A stretch of 64,000 nucleotides of DNA, taken from assembly GCA_035627515.1 (NCBI GenBank), contig DASPLQ010000012.1:263269-327268 (forward strand), read 5' to 3'. Below the pieces are notes generated by a model, which was not told the origin of the DNA, searched no databases, and saw only the letters and a list, made by a program, of their open reading frames with translations. Each line of letters opens with the position of its first letter. The first letter of the stretch is position 1. Positions 56,672 through 64,000 of this stretch are shown here, piece after piece. The position numbers and the translations under genes are program-made. This DNA is from Vitreimonas sp. GTDB taxonomy: Bacteria; Patescibacteriota; Microgenomatia; UBA1400; PJMF01.

Positions 56672-58045
56672 TTACTTTGAGGGTTTTTTTGTTTCCTCGT
56701 ATCGAGCTCTAGCTCTTTCGAATACCTCATTATCAAAAGTTTCATAACCTGCATTATTCTGATGTTCCCAGCTATAAAGCGCACCTACCTCTTCCAAGCC
56801 TAAAGTATTAATCAATCCTACCCAGTACTCTTCGGTGATTGTAGTTAAACCTGATTCATATTTACCAATCATTAATGGTTTTAATATCGGAAACATTTTG
56901 AATATTCGCTTTAAGATGACTATTTTATTGTCATAGGTGTCAAATTTTCTCTCCACTGAAGTATGGAGCCCTTTAGTAATACTTTTTTGCTTCAGAGTTT
57001 CTCTGAAAAGATCAATCACAGCTGGAATAAGCAACGGATAACCCAAAGGTTGAACAAATTGAAGTATTAGCTGTTCAATCGCACTGCCGTATTTAAGTCT
57101 TGAAAACCATTCTTCTTTATATAAATACCAAATTCTATAGACCAACGTTAATGTTTCTATTGCTCGCCGAGCTTTATAGTCTGTGATAGTTTCGTCCAAT
57201 CCTTCACCGATAAAAGAACCTATGCGCACTCCAGGAAAATCCCTGTGCTGTTTTTCATGCGCAGTACTTTGGAGAGAAGTATCTTTATAAACAACAATTA
57301 CTCCCCTCTTATAAAAAATAATTGCTCCATCAAAATCCCTTTCCTCATCAGGAACTTTCAATAGCTCATACATCGAGCTCAACCTCTGAATATACTGCTC
57401 AGTTGTAAAAGGAAACTTAACAATATTATCCTGAGAAGGTTTACTAACTAAATAATCAAACGCCTGGAGGATAAAATTATCCTGCTCGTAACTAGACATG
57501 CTCAAAATAATCTCATCAAATGGGCGTGATGTAATCAGCTGCGCTTTAGTGCGAGTAGGTAAAAGAGATCGCAACTGTGGGTCTTGGTCCCACAATAACC
57601 AACACCAACTAAAAACTCTAGACTTAAATCGCAACCTACTATGTTGTTGTTGCTTTTCGTTCACTTCCCTTAATGAGGCCGAATCTATATCTGTCTCAAT
57701 ATCAAACAGTTGGGCAACTAACTTAGCCACACTCTTCTTTACTTCATCCCTAGAAATAATTCCTTTGTTTAATCGCTCAATAAATAAAGAGAAAATAGTT
57801 ATAAAACTCAAAATAACATCAATATCAACGTTTACACTAAAATCAAGCTCAAAACCAAGGTGGTCAAATTTCAACTCGGTCAGAATATCTTTAACTTGAG
57901 GTAACAAAGCTGTTAATTTATCATCTTGTTCTTTGGAAATTCCTTTTTTTCTCAGCAATTCTTGTGCTTTACCAATTAATGAATACAGGTTGCCAGCTTC
58001 TATTCGTTTTGTTTCAACTAAACTAATTTCTTCACTCATAATCAT
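56672..58045 (-). CDS. hypothetical protein (457 aa), AT-rich, immediately downstream of tRNA-Pro on the opposite strand
   Basis: ORF only. No recognisable motif. Confidence 0.4.
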   Translation of the reverse strand: MIMSEEISLVETKRIEAGNLYSLIGKAQELLRKKGISKEQDDKLTALLPQVKDILTELKFDHLGFELDFSVNVDIDVILSFITIFSLFIERLNKGIISRDEVKKSVAKLVAQLFDIETDIDSASLREVNEKQQQHSRLRFKSRVFSWCWLLWDQDPQLRSLLPTRTKAQLITSRPFDEIILSMSSYEQDNFILQAFDYLVSKPSQDNIVKFPFTTEQYIQRLSSMYELLKVPDEERDFDGAIIFYKRGVIVVYKDTSLQSTAHEKQHRDFPGVRIGSFIGEGLDETITDYKARRAIETLTLVYRIWYLYKEEWFSRLKYGSAIEQLILQFVQPLGYPLLIPAVIDLFRETLKQKSITKGLHTSVERKFDTYDNKIVILKRIFKMFPILKPLMIGKYESGLTTITEEYWVGLINTLGLEEVGALYSWEHQNNAGYETFDNEVFERARARYEETKKPSK

Positions 58046-58070
58046 ATATAAATAATGTTAGCATTAACTC

Positions 58071-58688
58071 ATGCCAACCCTCATCTTCGACTTCGACGGC
58101 ACGCTAGCTGACACGCTCCAACTTACCGTCGAGTTATTTAATCAGCTGGCACCCAAGTATCACTTGCAAACACTGGGTGAAAAAGATGTCACTACCTTGA
58201 AGGATAAAAGCGCGCGCGAAATTTTAAAATTATCTGGTCTCTCCCCTTTTAAACTGCCCTTTTTGGTCTATGACATGCAACAAGCCATGAAAGGTCGGAT
58301 TGTTGATTTCAACATCTTTCCTGGCCTGAAAAGTGTCCTAAATAAACTCAAAAAGAATGGTGTAACTCTCGGCATTGTGACTTCGAACTCACAGGAAAAT
58401 GTGACCGCATTTTTAGAAAACAATAATTTAAAGGTTTTTGATTTTGTTCACTCCGAAAAAAACTTGTGGGGTAAAGGTGCCGTGCTCAAAAAAGTAATTA
58501 AAAACTTGAAACTTAATCCCGCTGAAGTGTTTTATGTGGGTGATGAAGTCCGAGACATCGAAGCTGCTCGAGCGGCTGACTTATCGGTTATTTCAGTTAC
58601 TTGGGGTTTTAACTCACGAAAAGTCCTCTCTGAACATCATCCTGACCACATCATCGATCAACCTGAGGAACTACTATCTAAGGTATAA
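58071..58688 (+). CDS. HAD-superfamily hydrolase (phosphoglycolate phosphatase-like)
   Basis: LIFDFDGTLADT (motif I), ...GIVTSNS (motif II), ...YVGDEVRDIEAA (motifs III/IV). Confidence 0.65.
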   Translation: MPTLIFDFDGTLADTLQLTVELFNQLAPKYHLQTLGEKDVTTLKDKSAREILKLSGLSPFKLPFLVYDMQQAMKGRIVDFNIFPGLKSVLNKLKKNGVTLGIVTSNSQENVTAFLENNNLKVFDFVHSEKNLWGKGAVLKKVIKNLKLNPAEVFYVGDEVRDIEAARAADLSVISVTWGFNSRKVLSEHHPDHIIDQPEELLSKV

Positions 58689-58700
58689 TTACCCCGTCTA

Positions 58701-58772
58701 GCTCTCATAGTTCAACGGATAGAACAAGGGTTTCCTAAACCCTAAATTCAGGTTCGATTCCTGATGGGGGCA
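58701..58772 (+). tRNA. trnR: tRNA-Arg (anticodon CCT)
   Basis: GCTCTCA-TA-GTTC-AACGGATA-GAAC-A-AGGGT-TTCCTAA-ACCCT-AAAT-TCAGG-TTCGATT-CCTGA-TGGGGGC-A. The acceptor stem has two G·U pairs. GTATAATTAC -10-like box 11 nt upstream. Confidence 0.6.
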
Positions 58773-58779
58773 CACCACG

Positions 58780-58837
58780 CATCAGGATAAGGGTTTCCTA
58801 CCCCGCTCAGCGGGGCGATCCTGATGGGGGCACCACA
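58780..58837 (+). repeat. partial duplicate of the tRNA-Arg 3' region (AAGGGTTTCCTA ... CGATCCTGATGGGGGCACCA) with embedded CCCCGC-tcag-GCGGGG hairpin
   Basis: A 12-nt match to the anticodon-arm 5' half and a ~20-nt match to the T-arm 3' strand plus acceptor, including CCA. 8-bp outer stem ATCAGGAT/ATCCTGAT. Confidence 0.4.
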
Positions 58838-58840
58838 CTT

Positions 58841-59461
58841 ATGAAACTCTTTCTAGCCTCAGAGGCTAAGCACCCCACCACCCTAGGTCATCTCAATACG
58901 TTCGTTAGTGGTTTAAAAGGCAAAAAAATTGCCTATATTGTCACGGCTGCGAATGGTGAAGCCTGGGGCTCCTGGAAAACCAGCCGTACATTGCCGATCG
59001 TGAAGTCAGAGGGTGCTGAAGTTGAGGTAATTGAGCTGGAAAACTATAAAACACACGACATTCTAACTCCATTAAAAACAGCCGACATCATTTGGTGTTG
59101 TGGCGGTTCATCGAGCTATCTTCTCTACTGGATGCACCGCACTCAAACTATTACGTTAATTCCCGAGTTAATCAAAGCTGGCACTGTTTACGTTGGTTCC
59201 AGCGCCGGCAGCATGGCCTGTTCTAGGACTCAAACTCTAGCTGAATGGTACTTTGGCGAGAATGAACCCGGTGCCAGCCTCATACCTGGGATGGGTTTAA
59301 TTGATTTTGAAATGTACCCTCACTATCGAGATGAGTTACTGCCGCAAATTCAAGCGCAGTGGCAAACCGGTCAGCTGTATTTGCTTAAAGATGGCGAAGC
59401 TATTATTCTCGAGGAAAGCCAGGTGAAAGTTCTTGCTGAAGAGCGGAAGTTGGACAAGTAG
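58841..59461 (+). CDS. peptidase S51 (dipeptidase E/cyanophycinase-like) family protein
   Basis: KIAYIVTAANGE...IWCCGGSSSYLLYWM...VYVGSSAGSMA (GxSAG nucleophile). S51 fold pattern. Confidence 0.55.
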   Translation: MKLFLASEAKHPTTLGHLNTFVSGLKGKKIAYIVTAANGEAWGSWKTSRTLPIVKSEGAEVEVIELENYKTHDILTPLKTADIIWCCGGSSSYLLYWMHRTQTITLIPELIKAGTVYVGSSAGSMACSRTQTLAEWYFGENEPGASLIPGMGLIDFEMYPHYRDELLPQIQAQWQTGQLYLLKDGEAIILEESQVKVLAEERKLDK

Positions 59462-59485
59462 CCATACATATGGTAATATGCATGT

Positions 59486-59755
59486 ATGGTTGACTATACT
59501 AAAACTACTATTAACCTTCCTACTCGCCTCTTAAAAGATGCAAAGTTATTTGCAATTGAACACAGTCTGACTTTTACTGATTTAGTGAGTCGAGGGCTTG
59601 AATATTCTGTCTACGAAAAAACTCAAAAAAATGCTAAACCTTCTTTTGCTGAGTTTATGAAAACCTTTAAACCATTCCCTCGCCTTTCCGAAAAAGAAAG
59701 TCAGGAAAGATATCACAAACACATGATGGAAAAATATGGCAAAGATCTTTCTTGA
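59486..59755 (+). CDS. VapB-like antitoxin
   Basis: 89-aa ORF overlapping the downstream PIN gene by 20 nt. N-terminal TTINLPTRLLKDAKLFAIEHSLTFTDLV is RHH/AbrB-like. Confidence 0.45.
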   Translation: MVDYTKTTINLPTRLLKDAKLFAIEHSLTFTDLVSRGLEYSVYEKTQKNAKPSFAEFMKTFKPFPRLSEKESQERYHKHMMEKYGKDLS

Positions 59756-60107
59756 TGCTAATTGTTTCCTAAGACTTATGCGCGGCGAACTCCAGAATGC
59801 TGTGCCATATCTAAGCAGTCATAAGTTATTTATTAGCACTCTTTCAGTTCATATTGCTTTATATGTTTATAAAGTAAACCTTCCTTCACAAACATTCGAA
59901 AATTTTTATCAACAATTTCAAAGCATTGATTTTAGTAAGGAACTAACTCAAAAAGCCTTAGTAGGGCCAACTAAAGATTTTGAAGATAATCTTCAACTTC
60001 ATAGTGCGGTAACTTCACGCTGCTCAATATTTTTAACACTCGATAAAAAACTACTTAAAATGAAAAGTTTTGAGACTCTGAACATTATGTCTCCTTTGGA
60101 TATCTGA
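59736..60107 (+). CDS. vapC: VapC PIN-domain toxin
   Basis: IFLDANCFLRLM (PIN N-terminal Asp), ...HSAVTSRCSIFLTLDKK. Confidence 0.55.
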   Translation: MAKIFLDANCFLRLMRGELQNAVPYLSSHKLFISTLSVHIALYVYKVNLPSQTFENFYQQFQSIDFSKELTQKALVGPTKDFEDNLQLHSAVTSRCSIFLTLDKKLLKMKSFETLNIMSPLDI

Positions 60108-60140
60108 TTTTGCTTTTCGGTAGTATAATTACTTGCCCTC

Positions 60141-60212
60141 GCCTCCATAGTTAAATGGATAGAACGTGAGTTTCCGGAACTTAAGATGGGGGTTCGATTC
60201 CCTCTGGAGGCA
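60141..60212 (+). tRNA. trnR: tRNA-Arg (anticodon CCG)
   Basis: GCCTCCA-TA-GTTA-AATGGATA-GAAC-G-TGAGT-TTCCGGA-ACTTA-AGAT-GGGGG-TTCGATT-CCCTC-TGGAGGC-A. Same GTATAATTAC box upstream as the tRNA-Arg(CCT) gene. Confidence 0.6.
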
Positions 60213-60262
60213 CTTTTCCTTTTTGTTCACTCCTTAACAGTGTGCTGTAACTCGGCTCGCTG

Positions 60263-60601
60263 TTGCTTTTTTCTCCACTTACACATATAATACATACTTG
60301 TTGTGTATTAATTGCGGAAACTATGACAATTGAACTCAAAGAGAAACTATTAGCTGCTTATCTGGCGAGTAGAGCAAACAATAAGTGCATTCGTGTCGAT
60401 CAGCTAGAAGAGATTATAAAAGCTCCAAATCTTCAAGAACCACTCGAGAAAACCCATCCTGAAGATTTTTATCTTTATTGTATTAATTGGGTAAATTTAC
60501 TAAGTGAAAATAAGATTACTCTGAAGGCTGAGGATCGAGTGAATATCGAGGCTTTAGCCCAGGTAATTCGCAACCCCGCCTCTGCCCCACAAGAGAACTA
60601 A
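60263..60601 (+). CDS. hypothetical small protein (real start may be ATG 60323, MTIELKEK)
   Basis: ORF only. Confidence 0.3.
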   Translation: MLFSPLTHIIHTCCVLIAETMTIELKEKLLAAYLASRANNKCIRVDQLEEIIKAPNLQEPLEKTHPEDFYLYCINWVNLLSENKITLKAEDRVNIEALAQVIRNPASAPQEN

Positions 60602-60616
60602 ACTCTTAAGTTTTCC

Positions 60617-61084
60617 CTAACTCTTCACCACACTCTGTGCGTGGTTATACGAGATCGGCATTAATTCCTGGACACTGGTGACCAAGGCTTTTGTCTGGCT
60701 TTCGTTGACGATGACGATTTCTAAGTCTTGTTGAAATAACTCTGTCAGCGCATCGATCATGATTTGCCGGCAACTACCACAAGGACTGATGCCAATTTCC
60801 ACAAAGGGATCAAGCTCGTTGACGCCAATGATTACTAGCCGTTGGAGTTGGCTTACCCCACTGTTCAAAGCTTTATCGAACACCATTCGCTCGGCACAGG
60901 TACTGTTGCTGGTAGCACGCCGGCGAATATTGGCACCGGTGAATTTTTGGCCATCAGCGGCGGTTAAAACTGCCCCCACTTTAGTGGTACACGCTTTCGG
61001 AAATGCCCGAGGAATTTGCTCAAAGGCGAGCTTGATATCACCTTGAATTTCCTCGGGCAGTTGATGTACCTCTATATGTTTCAT
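60617..61084 (-). CDS. cdd: cytidine deaminase
   Basis: CAERMVFDKA (zinc-binding C/H-A-E) and SPCGSCRQIM (PCxxC). Confidence 0.75.
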   Translation of the reverse strand: MKHIEVHQLPEEIQGDIKLAFEQIPRAFPKACTTKVGAVLTAADGQKFTGANIRRRATSNSTCAERMVFDKALNSGVSQLQRLVIIGVNELDPFVEIGISPCGSCRQIMIDALTELFQQDLEIVIVNESQTKALVTSVQELMPISYNHAQSVVKS

Positions 61085-61107
61085 GACAGGGTCTATTGTG
61101 AAGTTAT

Positions 61108-61584
61108 TTAGGCTGATTGGCGCTCATATTCAGCATAAATGAGAGCGTCAGTCACGGTTTGATAATCAAACATCTCATCTTCATCGAAAACAATGTTTAA
61201 TTCGCGACGAGCATCATCTTCTTTAGCTGAGGCATGAATTAAGTTCAGTTGTTGACTCATACTGAAGTCACCACGGATGGAACCGGCTTCAGCTTCACGA
61301 CCTAAAGTCGTGCCTACCAATTTGCGGACCACTGGGATGGCATCGATACCTTCCCAAGCCATAGCCACGATTGGCATTTGAGCCATATATGACTTTAAAT
61401 CACCAAAGAAACTTTTTTCTTTGTGTTCAGCATACCAATCAGATAATTGGTCATCACTGAGTTGGACCATTTTTAAGCCGACCAACTTTAAACCTTTGCG
61501 CTCAAAGCGAGCAATGATCTCACCGATCAAACCGCGTTGCATGCCATCTGGTTTGACGAGGACGGCTGTTCGTTGAATTTTCAT
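61108..61584 (-). CDS. ndk: nucleoside diphosphate kinase
   Basis: ERTAVLVKPDGMQRGLIGEIIARFERKGLKLVGLKM...NLIHASA (active-site His region). Confidence 0.85.
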   Translation of the reverse strand: MKIQRTAVLVKPDGMQRGLIGEIIARFERKGLKLVGLKMVQLSDDQLSDWYAEHKEKSFFGDLKSYMAQMPIVAMAWEGIDAIPVVRKLVGTTLGREAEAGSIRGDFSMSQQLNLIHASAKEDDARRELNIVFDEDEMFDYQTVTDALIYAEYERQSA

Positions 61585-61606
61585 ACGTTCTCCTTGAATT
61601 AATTAC

Positions 61607-63010
61607 TTAACTATAACTTTCGAGTATTTTCTTAAATGGTGTTTCATCTTTGTACGGTCCGATCACGGCAAAGCGAATTTCGCTGGGCTTAATTAAGTTC
61701 TTTGCTACGGCTTCTACTTCATCACGCGTGACTTGTCGCAATTTTGCTAACACCACTTCAGGTGGCTCAATTTCTCCGAGTAATAACTGCTTCATGCCAA
61801 AGTATTGCGCCACACTTTCGCTATCCTCCAAGCCTAAGACCATTTTACCAGCGACGTAATCTTTAGCTTTTTGAATTTCACTCTCGGTGACAGGTTTGCG
61901 ACCATCTACCAAAGCTGCAAACTCATCGATCGTGACTTTGAAAGCCTCCTCTACCCGCTTAGGATCAACTCCGGCGGAGGCACCAAACATCCCTGAGTTG
62001 TGATACATGTCGACATCGCTGTGGACGTAGTAACACAAACCTCGTTTTTCGCGGATTTCTGAGAATAGGCGGGAACTCATGTTACCGCCCAACAAAGCAC
62101 TCAGTAAGGTCAATGCATACCGATCGGAATTATGACGATCAATACCAGGGAAACCAAAAATGAAGTGGGCTTGTTCAGTTTGTTTGTGCTCCACTTTGAG
62201 TTTGAAAACAGAAATCGGGTTTTGGGTGAAGTAATTATTGAGTTTAACTTTGCCGGCCCGCTCCTCGGTTTTTTTACTAAAACAGTCGCTAATTTTAGCC
62301 AAGATTGAATCAGTATCAACAATGCTTGAGTCCCCAGCCAAGACTAAAATAGTATTACCCAAACCATACCATTGTTGAAGAAACTTGGTAAAGTCACTGG
62401 CGGTCAAAGCACTGACCGTAGTTTTATTACCAATCACATCATGTCCCAAGCCACTACCTTCAAACATCATTTGATCGAAAACATCGCTAATATGACGCGA
62501 GGGGCTATCCATGTACATGTTCATCTCTTCAATAATCACGTTCTTTTCTCGATCGATATCATCCTGACGTAGGCGAGGCGTCAATAACATGTCAGAAATT
62601 ACATCCAACGCCAGCTCTACGTCTTTGGAAGCAGATTTAACATAGTAGCCTGTGTACTCCTTACTGGTAAAAGCATTGAAATCGGCACCAACGGCATCGA
62701 CCGCAGCCGAGAGAGCTTGAGCATCTTCATACTTGGCAGTGCCCTTAAAAACCATGTGTTCAAAAAAGTGAGCGATACCGTGTTCCTTGGGTTCTTCGTA
62801 GCGGGAACCGGTATTAACTAAACTCAATACAGTCACGGACTTGACGGAAGGCATGGGAATGCGCAGGACGGTCAAACCAGAGGGTAAATTATCAATAGTA
62901 TGAACTAGCACGGTAGCGATTGTATCAGCAATCGCGCGGTTTGAGGACCCAAAGATGGGTTTAATGCACCTTTTCAGGCATGGGAACTTTAATTCGGAAA
63001 GTACTACCAC
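61607..63010 (-). CDS. M16 (pitrilysin/insulinase) family zinc peptidase
   Basis: HFFEHMVFKGT inverted zinc motif HxxEH. Downstream E in EEMNMYMD. Confidence 0.7.
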   Translation of the reverse strand: MVVLSELKFPCLKRCIKPIFGSSNRAIADTIATVLVHTIDNLPSGLTVLRIPMPSVKSVTVLSLVNTGSRYEEPKEHGIAHFFEHMVFKGTAKYEDAQALSAAVDAVGADFNAFTSKEYTGYYVKSASKDVELALDVISDMLLTPRLRQDDIDREKNVIIEEMNMYMDSPSRHISDVFDQMMFEGSGLGHDVIGNKTTVSALTASDFTKFLQQWYGLGNTILVLAGDSSIVDTDSILAKISDCFSKKTEERAGKVKLNNYFTQNPISVFKLKVEHKQTEQAHFIFGFPGIDRHNSDRYALTLLSALLGGNMSSRLFSEIREKRGLCYYVHSDVDMYHNSGMFGASAGVDPKRVEEAFKVTIDEFAALVDGRKPVTESEIQKAKDYVAGKMVLGLEDSESVAQYFGMKQLLLGEIEPPEVVLAKLRQVTRDEVEAVAKNLIKPSEIRFAVIGPYKDETPFKKILESYS

Positions 63011-63986
63011 GAGGTTCTGGAGGACTGCTTTCTACTTCTATAGTTCCATGGTTGAGATCGACAAAAAATTTAGCCACTGCTAAACCAACACCGGTACCAG
63101 GTGTCCCACTATTATTATTGGTACCACGGTAATTTTCTTTGAAAATATCGGGTTGCTCCTCTAGATCTATGCCAATTCCTTCATCTTTTACTTCCATCAC
63201 GATGGAGTTACCTTCAGTATAAGTGCGAATCATGACTTCTCCGCCCACCGGAGAGTACTTTATGGCATTCGATACCAAATTATGGAGTGATCGACCTAGG
63301 CCAGGAATTTGCCACACATACGGCAGTGTTTCATCGAGGTCACACAGTATCCTCACTCCCCGCTCGTGAGCAAAAGCAGACAGGTTCCTAACTGCACTAT
63401 GGACAAAGTTATTGATTTCCATCTTCACCTTATCTTCACGCACAGTCATGGCCTTATTTATCTGCTTCGCCTCAGTGATAATATTATTGCCAGCTACCAA
63501 AGCATCGTTAGCTCTTTCCAACCACAGATCAATATTGGCTTGATTTTGGTCTGCAGGTGGTTTTCTTCTTTCTCGCCTCACTAGTTCCACATACAGCTGC
63601 CCTTTTGCCATCGGACTACCCACATCATGAGCTAACACATCAAAGATGATAGCCCGTGACTTAGCTTCTAGCTTCAAATGATCAATGTAGTGATTCAACA
63701 TCTCTAAGCGATCATGAAGACCGCTGATTGTTTCTTGATCTTTTCGCTCTCTCTCACTGATTGAAACTCCAGTACAAATCAAGACACTTTCTGTAGGCTC
63801 ATGGGCAATCCGATTAATCACTAAATTGTAGCGTTCACCCATAAAATCAATAGTTTTACCAAGTTCATCACCATCTTCTTCGGGATGAAGCTTCAGCGCA
63901 CTCATTAGTGCTGCTGTTAACCCCTGCAGGTCACTTTCTCTCAGGTGCTCGATCACTGTCAAAGCCTCTAGAGGTTGATTGCGCAA
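62961..63986 (-). CDS. sensor histidine kinase (HisKA plus HATPase_c); N-terminus may continue beyond the window
   Basis: FDVLAHDVGSPMA (H-box), NLVSNAIKYS (N-box), DEGIGID (G1), GTPGTGVGLAVAK (G2). Confidence 0.6.
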   Translation of the reverse strand: MRNQPLEALTVIEHLRESDLQGLTAALMSALKLHPEEDGDELGKTIDFMGERYNLVINRIAHEPTESVLICTGVSISERERKDQETISGLHDRLEMLNHYIDHLKLEAKSRAIIFDVLAHDVGSPMAKGQLYVELVRRERRKPPADQNQANIDLWLERANDALVAGNNIITEAKQINKAMTVREDKVKMEINNFVHSAVRNLSAFAHERGVRILCDLDETLPYVWQIPGLGRSLHNLVSNAIKYSPVGGEVMIRTYTEGNSIVMEVKDEGIGIDLEEQPDIFKENYRGTNNNSGTPGTGVGLAVAKFFVDLNHGTIEVESSPPEPRGSTFRIKVPMPEKVH

Positions 63987-64000
63987 TAATTTTTGTAGTC

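Noticed and set aside
1-64000. CRISPR arrays, rRNA genes, IS elements with transposase
   Set aside because: No regularly spaced direct repeats, no rRNA-like conserved stretches, and no DDE or serine/tyrosine recombinase ORFs were found. Only homing-type nucleases (HNH, LAGLIDADG-like) and an excisionase-like HTH were seen.

Overview
This 64-kb window looks like a small-genome bacterium, most likely a CPR/Patescibacteria-type organism. Evidence: a low-GC, gene-dense chromosome with many short, poorly conserved membrane or secreted proteins, N-terminally extended or truncated housekeeping proteins, and nucleotide-salvage genes. All calls come from reading the six-frame translations and the DNA; no searches were run. 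Housekeeping genes: rpmG; seven tRNAs (Trp-CCA, Thr-TGT, Tyr-GTA, Thr-GGT, Pro-CGG, Arg-CCT, Arg-CCG); galU; secE-nusG; rplK-rplA; rplJ-rplL; thrS; an mreB-like gene; cdd; ndk; an M16 peptidase; and a partial histidine kinase. The conserved secE-nusG-rplKAJL block is interrupted twice. A 268-aa gene sits between nusG and rplK, and about 9 kb sits between rplA and rplJ (three hypothetical genes, thrS on the opposite strand, and a 1300-aa giant ORF). tuf and rpoB are absent from their usual flanks, and rpmG and tRNA-Trp are displaced from secE. Accessory content: three type II toxin-antitoxin pairs (two VapBC, one RelE-like); an HNH endonuclease abutting tRNA-Trp; a putative LAGLIDADG endonuclease next to a JAB/MPN gene flanked by 40-bp direct repeats that duplicate the 3' end of an EEP nuclease gene; a 1.4-kb cassette (S51 peptidase plus VapBC) between two tRNA-Arg genes, with a partial copy of a tRNA 3' end; and a nucleotide-processing cluster (Gmk-like kinase, Nudix-P-loop kinase fusion, NADAR, deoxyribosyltransferase-like-RHH fusion). 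Other items: a dockerin-type protein next to a Cys-rich repeat surface protein; a PP-loop ATPase paired with a MurD-like ligase; paralogous membrane-anchored surface proteins that share a conserved 5' leader; and a candidate ~230-nt sRNA with its own promoter and terminator. No CRISPR array or rRNA was seen.
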